DNA of 64,000 bases, taken from assembly GCA_001724265.1 (NCBI GenBank), contig MEDY01000020.1:62001-126000 (forward strand). Direction: 5' to 3'. Source of the stretch: Rhizaria sp. SCN 62-66. Its lineage: Eukaryota. Both the position numbers and the translations under genes were made by a program. Each line of letters begins with the position of its first letter. Positions within the stretch are counted from its first letter, which is position 1. This document shows, in pieces, positions 35,230-46,188 of this stretch. The notes beneath the pieces are model-generated. The model saw only the letters and a program-made list of their open reading frames with translations, had not been told where the DNA came from and did no database searches.

Positions 35230-35765
35230 GCACGGCGCGTAACATGATGGAAATCAAACTAGTGAACGGAGGGCCATGAGTTGACTTCGCAATACATATT
35301 TAACACATATTTTTGAAAATAAAGATAAAGGTTACGATTTATTTACTGCACACATGTGCCGTATTGTGCTATATCACACAGAGCACATGCAAGAAAGAAA
35401 AGAAAACGAAAACAACATCGCAGAGTAAGTTGTCGGGGCAATCTAGTAAGTAGGTGGTTAGTTGAAAGTCTGTCCATCGTGCGCCTCTGGAGTGGGACAC
35501 ACGCGGCCCATGCACCAAACCACGCACGCTCGTGGTCAATCAAAGAGACACAAGGCCGGCATAAACAGTGGCCCTGAAGGACTCAGTTTACATATCGTGC
35601 ACCGATAGAGACACAAATATAATCATCAATGACCCAGAACCTTTCCGGTCTGTGCGCGAGACTCGCTGAAACGCGAGGCGACATTCGGCGTTATAAGCAT
35701 ACTCTCCAGCGCAACACGACACCGTGTTACACGATGACTACAAATGTTTCTATGCGTGAGCTTGT

Positions 35766-38700
35766 TCAACCAAGCGCGACCGTGAGCGCGGCGGCAACGG
35801 CGCCGGCGACGAGCGCGGCACCCGTGGCCACGAGTCCAGCGTGCGCGCCCGTGGCGGCAGCGGCGGAGGCGCCTGGGAAGGTCGCGCCGACCCAGACACA
35901 GCGCATCTTGCCCGTGGCGCCCTGGCAGACACCTGTGACGCAGTCCGAGTTGGCGGTGCAGCTGCTGTCGAAGCTGCAGCGCGGGCACGAGGACGCGCCG
36001 CCGCAGTCGACGTCGCTCTCGGCGGCCGCGGCGGGCGTCGTGGTGCGGACGCCGTCGAAGCACGTCGCGGGCTGCACCGCGATGGCGGCCGGGGACGCCG
36101 TGGGGTTCACCGTCGCGCGGCCCAGCGACAGCGTGGCGGCGTTGAGCGCGGCCGAGATGTCGGCCGCCGCGGCCGAGATGTCCACCTTGAGGTCCTCGGC
36201 AAAGTTCCACGCGATCGACGACGTGAGAAGCAGCCGCGCCGTGGTCTGCGTGGCCGCCGCGTTGGCCGTGGCGGCCGAGCCAGACGTCTGCGAGTAGAAG
36301 GTCGCACGGACGCCCGCGGCGACGAGGTGCGCGTTGATGTTGAAGGCGTTGGTCACGGCGGCGATCTGGTACGACACCAGCGGCGCCGTCTGCGCGAAGG
36401 TCACTGTGGCCATCAACACCTCCTTCTCCGGAGCCGCCGTCGCCGACGTGATAGCCGGCAGCGGCGCCGAGCCGGACATGACCGTGAGGCCCAGCGGCGA
36501 GGCGAAGACGACGCCCACAGAGCTGGCAGCGGAGGCGTTGGCGGGCACGGCGACGTTGAAGCAGAAGAGGCGGAACGTGCCCGTCACTACGGGCAGCGCC
36601 TTGGCGAACTTGAACGACACGGCGTGGGTGACGTCGTTGAGCGTTGTTGTGCCGGTGTACTTGGCGTCAGCCGGGTTGGGCGAGTCGACGCCCGCGACGC
36701 ACGAGACGTTGGCGGCCACGGTCCAGCCTGTCGACGGCGCCGGCAGTGCCACGATGACCGAGGAGCCGGCCTCGAGCGCGATCGGCACGGGCGCAAGAAT
36801 GAGCACAAAGAGCCCCGCGGGGGAGCCCGCGCGCGTGGACACGGGCATCGCGGCGGCGCGCACAAGCCCCGGCACGGGGTACGAGATGGCTGCTGTCGCC
36901 ACCGAGGCCTCGTTGGCCTTGACGGCGGCCGTGGACGTCGCCCAACGCAGCGACGACACCGACGCGGCCGCGGGCGCAGGGTTGGTAAACTCGCCGCACG
37001 TAAAGACGGCGGTGCTGCGACGCGGGCCCAGCGCGGCGATGTCCGCGTTAGCCACTGTGAAGACGAACATGAGCACGGTGCCGCCTGCCGAGACCTGCTG
37101 GCGCACGTCGGCGGCCGACGTGGGCAGCGTGACGGCGGCGTGGCCCGATGCCGCGTTGCTGAGCGAGCACGTGGGCGTGGTGGCGAAGGCGAAGAGGTGC
37201 GAGGCCGGTAGCGTCATGGTCAGGATATCTCCGACCTCGAACGGCACAGGCAGGTTCGAGAGCGTCAGCACGAGGTTCGACTTGTCGAAGGGCAGCGTCG
37301 ACGTGGGCGCCAGCGTGGCGGCCAGCGGCGCGGCCGTGATGGGCGCGAGCGAGGCCTGCGAGGACGAGAAGAGCTGGTAGTAACCGGTCGGCACGGCGTA
37401 GAAGTTGACGGTGGCGGTGCCCAGCGTCTGCGTGCGGTCCGGGTTCTGGAAGCCCTCGCATACGAGCACGTAATGGCGCGTCGAGTCGGCGGCGATGAGG
37501 TTGCCCGAGGTGATGCGGAAGGACCACACGCGTGTGCTGGTGACGAGGTTCGCGACGGACTCGACCGAGATCGGGATAGAGTACATCGTCGGCGAGGCCG
37601 TCGACGCAGACGTCACCAGGCCGTACGCGCACGTTACGGCGCCCGGCGCGGTGATGGACGCGGGCAGCTGCACCGAGAGCAGATGGTTGTTCGTCAGCGG
37701 GAACGTGAAGGCCGTCAGGCGCACCGTCATGTTGACCGCGTAGCCGGTGTAGGACGAGGTGAAGAGCACGGAGCTCACCGTCACGGCTGACGCGGGGCGC
37801 GAGCCCATGTGCTCAAAGCGGATCCATGCGCGCTGCGTCAGGCTCTCAGATTCGGGGTTGGGGTTGTCCTCGGTCGCCGCTGGCGCCGCGGCGGGCGGGT
37901 AAGAGTTGTAGATCTCGACGACGAGCGGCTGCGGCACGCCGACGGCGAGGCCGGCGCCCGTGGTCAGCCCGGTGCACGCGATACGCGCGCTAACGACGTC
38001 GACCGTGGAGCCAAAGGTGACGCGGATCTGCTTGATGGATGTGGTGTCGATGAGGTCGTACTCGGCCGAGGTGGCGGCCAGGGTCTCGACATCAGTCGCG
38101 TCGACAGTCCCGCAGTGTAGCGTCGAGCCGGGCAGCAAAAACACGCCGCGGCCGGCCGCGGAGACGGGCATCTGGATCAGGAAGGTGTAGCCCGCGCCGA
38201 CGTTGGCCGTGAGCGTCGACAGCACGGCGCGCATCGTCTGCGTCGTCGCGCCCGGGTAGTTGGGGGAGAAGGTCACCACGTTGGTCGGCGCGGTCACCGC
38301 GGGCGTGAGCACCGTCAGCGGCGCCAGCGAGCCCAGCGTCCACACAACGTCGCGCAGCGCCGTCTGCGCAGAAACGGGCAGGCGAAGCGGGCATGACAGG
38401 GAGCCCGAGGCGCCGGCGGTGACGGTTGTGGACGTGGCCGCGGAGAAAGTGACCACAGCGGCGTCATCGACCGTGGTGTGCGCCACCGTGAGCGCCTTCT
38501 GCGTCGTGGCGCCGCCGCCCGAGGGCGTCATCGTCAGCGTGCACTCGGTACCAACCGCGGGGCGCATGTCTGACGGCAGGCGCGCCATGAGCGGCGCGGT
38601 GATGCTGATCGTCGCCGCGCCCGTGGTCGGCGCCAGCGGCGCGATGTTAATCACGAACGTGGTCGTCGAGTTGGCCACGGTCGTCGCAAACGTCATGCTG

Positions 38701-40350
38701 CCCGTGGTGGCGCCGAAAGTCCCGGCGGCGCGCGCGGGGATGATGGGCACGGCCGTGGAGCCCGCGGTGAGCGCGAGCGTGTCGACCGACGTGACGGCGT
38801 CGATGACGACGCCCGCGGTGACGGCCGCCGTCGTCGCGGCCAGCGGGTACGACACGCCGCGGCAGCGCAGCGTGACGGAGCCCCAGGCCGCGATGAACTG
38901 GTCCAGGTAGAGCTCGGCCGTGACCGTCGTGTCGGTGACCGTGAGCGCGTACATCTCCAGGTCCACGGCGGAGCCCGTGGCGGGGATGCGCGCGCACACG
39001 GCGGGCGTCTGCAGCCCTGCGGAGAAGGAGAAGTTGCCTGGCAGCTGCAGGCGCACGCGCATGGTGGACGTGGCGTCGGAGCGCGGCGTGGTGAGCGCCA
39101 AGGGCGTGACGAAGGACACGGTGACGGGGGCGAAGCGGCCCGCCAGCAGCGGCGTCGCGAGCGTCAGCGTCACGTCGGCCGCGCGCGTGGGCAGTAGCGT
39201 CGGCAGCGAGGCGGCGGCCGCGGAGGCGACGCGCGTGACGCTCAAAAGCAGCGGTGAGAGCATGTACGTTGCGCCCGGTGAAGAGCCCGAGGTCGTGGTC
39301 GGCAGCGTGAAGGTGCCCGCGGCGCAGGTGACCGTAAGCGGGGTGAGCTGCCCCGAGCCGATCGTGGGCGTGTACGTGTACACGGCGATCGTCAGCGTGG
39401 CCAGCCCGGCAGTGAGCGTGAGCGTGGGCGACGCCGCAGTCACGAGCGCAGAGGCGTGCGTCAGCACGCAGCTGGACGCGTTGGTCACGGCCGACGCGGG
39501 CAGCGTGAAGGCAATGGAGGTGGCCACGGGGGTGGGCGCGCCGCTGCCCCACGCAGGGTTTTGCTGCGACGCGGGCGTATACATGTCTGTGACGTCGAAC
39601 GTGACCTTCGGAGACGAGCGTACCATCTTGGCCCACTCTTCGCCGGCGCCTAGCGTGACCGTCAGAGTCGGCGCCTGCGGGTCGACCTCGACGATCGTGG
39701 CGGCCTCGGCCTCGGCCTCGGGCTCATCCGAGTCCGAGTAGAGCGAGATGGACGGCATGCGGACGCCCGCGGCGGCGGCCGCCTCGGGCGACAGCGATGC
39801 GACGCGCGGCGGCAGCAGGCCAGTGCAGGTGAACGAGACGGCGTTCACGGTTGAGTTGCCGGCTTCTTCATTGAGTTTCCCGAGGAACTCGGGCGACGGG
39901 TCAAGCGCAAAAGTGCAGCCCAAACGCGATTTCGGATACGCAACCAGCGCACCCACCGTGGTGGTGCATGCCGGAATGATAGTTGAGTTGGGCAGCTGGT
40001 ACCAGTCGTCTCCGACGTAGACGCAAAGCTGGTTAGGGTACAGCCATTCCCCATAGGGTTTCGCCACGTGAAACTTCAGCGTCGCAGACTTTGCAGCAAT
40101 CACATTCGTCACCGGCTCAATCACAAAGTCTGACAACATAGCGCTCACGAACTATGGTTGCGAAGTCGACATAACACAGCCGGAGTGGGGAGTTGAAGAG
40201 TGGGTGAGTACAAGGAGGGCGATAGGACGATGTAGACTGTCAGGGAAGAGACTACGGGATAGATTTAGAAAGAAAAATGTAGCGTACCTGAGTTTGGAAG
40301 AGGACAAGAAGACACCCCACCAAGAAGAGGATCGCTTTCGCTGGTGGCAT
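35766..40350 (-). CDS. Large Thr/Ala/Val-rich cell-surface protein (1,482 aa) with signal peptide, beta-rich body, C-terminal Cys module and hydrophobic (GPI/TM-like) tail; exons 40350-40288 and 40151-35766
   Basis: Exon 1 gives MPPAKAILFLVGCLLVLFQTQ, spliced (GTACGC...CATAG) to FVSAMLSDF; repeated TLTxT beta-strand pattern with spaced Cys; CFDG...ESDVDCGG..CPRC....C....DC..G.C module; ends with an unbroken hydrophobic tail and TGA. Confidence 0.8.
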
Positions 40351-41543
40351 CTTCCTCTGCAAAGAGACCGCCAACGTTGTTCGAAGGAGGATACAAAAGA
40401 AGGTTGTGTAAGTGAGATACAGCGTCGGAGAAACAAAGGAATTTACAATAAGATGTGCCTAGCAGAATTATATCGCATACATAAAAAACACACGCTAGCA
40501 ACGATGTAAAATGCTGTCTAGCGCTAAACAAGTCGTCAGAATTGTCCCTTTTGAACTGCGACCGTGAGCGCTTACAGGTTTGCTTTCTTGTCAACTTTAA
40601 GGTGGGCGTCGAAAAAAGAGACATGCCTTCGTGTAAAACTTTGTGGGAGATCGTTGAGCGTTGGTGGGTGATGAATCGTGGCTGTTTTATCATTTATTTC
40701 ATTTTGTTTTTTCGATGGGCCTTTATTTGGCGAGCAATATCATCTCACGCTGTGCATGCCACCCACGAAAACTTTAGCGTCCCAAGAACCGGAGACCAAC
40801 GAGGCTACCGCGACATATCCGCTCTAGTTGCGATTAGTAGGTGGAGTTTCTTTGTGATTGCATCATGCGCTGAGTGATCTTGCTGTTTCTATAAGCTCTT
40901 TCGCTCCTCTTTCGAAAGTGCCGTCCGTTACTATATATTATACCATGAAGCTGAATGTGGCATTAACAATGGCTGCTACTATCGTTATCAATATTTTTAT
41001 GTACGTGGAGAGCTATACCATGACATATTGACTGCGTCTAACTCCTCGGCTTGATCTGTGTGACTGTATTCTTGAGTCGGTAAAGTGAGAGACATGAGCG
41101 AGTTGACAACATGTCCGATCACACCAAGATTTAAAAACATACGTGATTATAGAAACAACTGTTTTAAGTTACATATCTAAAAATAAACGGTAAAGACATC
41201 GAATAAGCATGCATTTGACGAGTATTTGTCACACGCACAGTGAGTGAACCGACATTCGACAGATCGCCACCGAGCCGACTCTGCGCGGCCTAACTTTCTT
41301 CGGTCCGCTAGAGAGATGAGGACGTTCACAAATGTGGCTCCTGTGCCTGCAGGAGTTGTTGTTTTGTTTTAGTATAGCAATATATTTATGCTCTCACGCG
41401 TTCATAATTTATCCCTGTGTTTTCTTTTCATGCAGACCCTTCGGTAGTCCTCGCCAACTTTCGTCGAGCCAACCCGACCCAGTCACCCCACCCGCTCGCC
41501 AAGCACACCCGACCCGCATTCTGCGTGGTTTTTCTTTGCTTCT

Positions 41544-43535
41544 ATGATTCTCAGTCGCACCAAGTTCCGCACGCAGGTGCGCGGCGCCGCGAGTGTGTGC
41601 CTCATTCCCGACCTGCTTGAGCGCACGTCGCATATCATCCGCACTGGCTACTCGTTCCCCCGCTGGTGGAAAGTGTACAAGATGACCCCGCCCAAGACTG
41701 TCATGAACGGCGGCCCGCTTAAGGAGATCAAGATGCCATTCGACCACCTCGTCAAGAAGGCTGTCACGCGCATGCCCATGCTCCGCAAGGAGCACCTTGA
41801 CTTCAACGACAAGGACTTTTCCCCTATCGCGGTCCGCTTCGCGCAGACTCAGTACGCCCTCATGAAGGAGAAGAACCTCTCCGAGGAGCAGGCCTTCGTC
41901 GAGTGCGAGGAGAAGATCTTCAAGGAGGAGCTCTGGGTACGTCTTACCCACTCACAACTTCTTCCGCTCACCCATAACTCTTCGTTTTGAACTCTTCACC
42001 CAACGCGTTGCCGCATCCGACAAGCTCGCTCGCTCTATTTGACACCGTGCCTTCACACTTCTTTCCCCTTGTTTCCGATCATTGATTTATTTCTTCTTGT
42101 GCAGAACTTTGCCAAGGCCATCCGCCGCTCTCCGGGTAGCTACTTTAAGCTGACGGACAAGGAAGCGCAGTACTTCAAGCTGCACGACATGGTGAACGCG
42201 CAGGTCTACGCCGACGGCGCGAGCAAGGCCGCCGGCCGCCCCGGCACCACCGACGCCGCCGGCGTCGACTACCGCACTGCGCTCAACGCGCTCTACAACT
42301 CGCCCGTGGCCTCGCCCGTGCGCGCGCTCGCGCTTCCGAACCCGCGCCCATACCTGGAGTCGCTGCTCGAGGCGTACCGCGCTGCCGCCGCCGCGCCTGA
42401 GGCCCCTGCGAGCGCCGAGGTGATGGCGCATTACCGCTCCGCCGCCGCTGTCGCCGCCGCTGCGGACCGACTCGCTGCCGCGCTGGCCGCCGGCGACATC
42501 AGCGCCTCTACTCTGGCCCAGGTCGAGGGCGAGAAGGACGCCTACGGGCGCGTGCTCGCCACGGCTGCCGACGGCACCATGTACCGCCGCATCCCCTACA
42601 CGTCCCAGCTCTCGGGCCCGCCGCGTGCGCGCCACGAGGTCGTCACCGAGGTCGCCGAGGGCGTGGACCGCGATGCGCTGGCCGCGCGCTACCCGCCGCT
42701 CAAGTACACAGAGCGTCAGCGTTACGTGGCCGGTCGCACCAACGTGCCGCTGAACCTGCTCATCGACGTCGTCAAGGCGGCTGAGGCCGTGGCGGCGCCC
42801 GAGATGCCGAGCTTTTCCGGAGAGGCCTCCGGGTGGCACCCAGAGCTGCTGCGCGAGCGCGTCAGCCCCGACTCGCTGGGCCCGCGCAAGGCGCGCAACA
42901 TGGCGGCGGGCGAGCTCGACGAGCAGGCGCTGGCCGACGACGTCATCTTCGCTAAGTACGCCAAGCTCCCGCGTCCCGCGGGCCAGGAGGACGAGGGCGA
43001 GCTGCTGTACCGCAGCTACATGCTCGAGCAGCAGCTGCTGCAGGCCGTCAACATGGTCGGCGACCTGGAGGCGCTGGCGGCGCAGCACACCAAGCAGCTG
43101 CGCCTCGCGGGCGTCTGGGCCGAAGAGTCCCAGGACTCGGAGCTGGCGTCGCAGCTCGAGCTGGCTACGAGCGAGGCGTACGAGACGATCGCCGAGTGCG
43201 AGGAGCTGCTCGACCAGTTCGAGCACCCCGACAGTGACCCCGAGGAGGAGGTCCCGGCCATGTCCGCGCTCGACGCGCGCACCGCCGCGGCGGCCGACGC
43301 GGCCGCGCCCTCGGTCACGCGCGCGATCTCGATGCGCGAGCACGTCTGGCACAGCGAAATCCTGCGCATGCAGCAGAAGCTGGAGCGCCGCCGCGTCGCC
43401 ACGGAGAAGCTCGCGGCCGCGATGAAGCGCGAGGAGGAGATGGCGGCGCAGATCGCAGAGGCCCAGCGCAAGGCCGCCGCCGAGGCCGCCGCACTCCAGG
43501 CCCAGATCCAGGCCGCCGCCCCTAAGACCGCGTAA
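41544..43535 (+). CDS. Mitochondrial small-subunit ribosomal protein mS23 (Rsm25)-like with long C-terminal extension (607 aa); exons 41544-41936 and 42105-43535
   Basis: N-terminal PRWWKVYKMTPP...LKEIKMPFDHLVKK...P...FAQTQYALMKEKNLSEEQAF fits the mS23 pattern; phase-0 GTACGT...GCAG intron; ends TAA. Confidence 0.65.
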
Positions 43536-44012
43536 GCGCAGTCGCCGAGTGCAGGAGAGGATGCAAGCTAGCACGTCAGCCAACAAACAAACAAACAACG
43601 AGTATTTAAGGGCTCCGAGGAGCGTGTGACATGACACGAGAGGAAGGAACCCCAAACACAAAGATGAAAAAGCCCAACAACAACAAAAACACACACAATA
43701 TTATTAAGAAAGTATATATCGCTAAGTATGCGTGGTATTATTAGTTATTTCAGTTCAGGTTAGTAGTTCAATTATTATGCTAAGAAAATAGCTTAATCTA
43801 TGGATTAAGCTAAGACTCATCGGTCTGTTGTCGGAGACACGTTTGTGTGGTTTCGAGAGCAACTGGTGTAAAATACAAATTTCATCACAAAAACACACTG
43901 AAAAATGCAGGATTGTTTATTCTTAGGCGTTGGATAACTTTGACTATGTATGCGTGTGCGTCACGTTTGACCATGGAGTTCGTGATCGCTCTTTGTTCTG
44001 TGTGATCATGAT

Positions 44013-44810
44013 TTACTCCCAGGCTTCGTCCGCATCGGTCGCTCCCGCGCCGCCGCCGCTGCCCGCCGTCGCAGTCTGCGCCGCCGCGGCCGCCGCCGGC
44101 ACAGCTGCAAACGCTACCTTGCGCGGCGTCGCAGTCGCCGCAACCGCCGTCGGAGTTGCCGCGCCTGCGCCCGTGGCGGCCGTGACCACGCCTGTGCCCG
44201 ACCCAGCTGCTGAGGCGGCCGCGGTGGCTGCGGGGCGCGTCACGCGGAGCACTGGCCGGCGCGGCGACGCCGTCACAGCGAGCGGCCCCGCGCCGCCCGC
44301 GCCGGCAGCCGCAGAGAAGTCAGCAGATCCGTGCGCGTGCGCGTGCGCGTGCATGGCCGGGGGCGCTGCGGCGGGCGCACGCGGGCGCGGCGGCGGCCTA
44401 GCCTCGAGAACCGCGCCACCAGCCTCAGTTGTAGCGCTGCTGCTGCTGCTGCTGTGGCTGTTGCTGGGCGCGATGGCGCGCTGCGCAGGCGCTGTGGCGT
44501 GCGCGTCGGAGGGCGCGCCGGGCAGCGCGGGGCTGAAGACCTTGAGGGACACGCGCGGCTGGGACTGCAGCTGCGGGTGCACTTCCGACTGAGACGCGGC
44601 GGGTGCGGCCGTGGCGCGGAATAACGAGGCAGCTGCAAGGGCGGACGCAGACATCGAGGCTCGCGCAGCCGCAGCACCAGCAGCAGAGCTCAGTCCCGAG
44701 CCCAGACCAGGCGAGTCAATGCCGAAGCCTGCGCCTGGGCCAGAGCCGAGAGCGGGCGCGGCGACACTAAGCGCGTTGACACTCACGGCCGACCGCGCCA
44801 CCGGCCCCTG

Positions 44811-44859
<49 letters not shown>

Positions 44860-45764
44860 GTCGTGTTCGCGTTGGCGTTAGCGTGAGCGGGCAGCATCGC
44901 GGACGAGTGGTAGAGGCTGCGGGCGGATGGGTCGGCGCGCGCCGCCGCCGCAGCCGTTACAGCAGAGCTGGCGGCCTCCGCCAGGTCGGCCGCAAGCGCG
45001 TCACCGACTTCGGGCGAAAGCACGAGCGCAGCGACGGAGCCACGGGCCCCGCTAAACGTCCCCGCGTTCGCAGCCGTAGCCGTTGCGCCAGCGTTGAACG
45101 CACTGCCGGGTCCACCAACGCTGTTGCGGGCGGATTTGGCTCCAGCGTCGTCCTCGTCGGGGGCAAGGTGGTGATAGAAGGACAGCGCGACGGGGTTGGA
45201 TTCGGGCAGGACAAAGGCGGGTTCAGCAGGCTCGTCACTCTCCTTGCTGAGGGCATCGTTGTCACCATCAGGATCGTCATCGCCGTCGTCGTTGTCGTCA
45301 CTGCAGGTGAGCTCAACGCCGTCGGGCGTATAAAGCGCACGGGCGCGCGCGCGACGGCGGTCGGCACGCTCCGCGTTCTGCTCCAGCTGGATCTGCACAA
45401 GCAGTTGCCAGTCCGCGTCAAAGCCGCGCGAGACGCAGTGCTTGAGCAGCGGCAGCGCGCGTGCGGACCGGCCCGTCAGCCAGTACGCATGCGCCAGCAG
45501 GTGGAACCCCGGCGGCTCGGCGCCCTGGCCGGATACATATTGCTGCAGCACGGTGGCCGCACCGCGGTAGCGACCCGCCTGGTAGAGCAGTTTGCCTGTG
45601 TAATAGAGATCGAAGGGCTCAGGCGGGCGGTTGAGCTGTGCGCTCAGCCACGTAGCGGCCTCATCCGCACTCATATCATCGCGGAACGCCGCCAATGACA
45701 CAAGCTGTGCATTGAGCTGCGGACCACGCGTCGCCTTTGTCTGGCGCACAGGCAGCGGTGGCAT
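44013..45764 (-). CDS. TPR-like repeat protein with long low-complexity tail (583 aa)
   Basis: LYYTGKLLYQAGRYRGAATVLQQY and FHLLAHAYWLTGRSARALPLLKHC resemble TPR helix pairs; first in-frame ATG at 45764; poly-Q tract; ends TAA. Confidence 0.65.
44814..44858 (-). repeat. Perfect (CAG)15 coding microsatellite (poly-Gln)
   Basis: 15 uninterrupted CTG units on the + strand. Confidence 0.95.
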
Positions 45765-46188
45765 AGCAGGTTGGGGCGTGTTGGCAGGAAAGCGAAAAGT
45801 TGCAGTGACCACTGCGAAGTTTGTGGTTGCTCTTGGTGGATTTAAAAGAAGTCTGTAAAAGAATTAATTAAAGGAGCGTATGAGTTGAACACATTAGCTC
45901 AATAAACATTTACACACATTGCCTTTAACGGACGCCTGGTGGAGATACGCAGAGTTTGTGAAGATTCACAATGAGCTAAACCAACGAGTAACGACGGCCA
46001 AATCGTGTAATTTGGTCAAAGTCGAATGTCGCGGGTTTAAATAGAACTATCTAGCTGTATTGTCAATATATTATACATATTCAATACATATTACTTCGGC
46101 TAACTGCTTAAGGTCCCTGCCATGTCATATCCCCATGCATCACGCACCGCGATACGCTAACCGCGACCACCAGTGACAAACGACAGTA

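Noticed and set aside
40152-40154. In-frame TAG between ORFs 40152..40436 and 35766..40148 as another readthrough site
   Set aside because: It is the 3' splice acceptor of intron 40287-40152 (GTACGC donor); splicing gives a clean signal peptide, so it is not a codon.
40351-41543. Longest spacer (1.2 kb), examined for a tRNA (especially a CUA-anticodon tRNA), snRNA or SL RNA gene
   Set aside because: No cloverleaf, A/B-box pair or Sm-site pattern recognisable by eye; a covariance-model search would be needed to exclude one.
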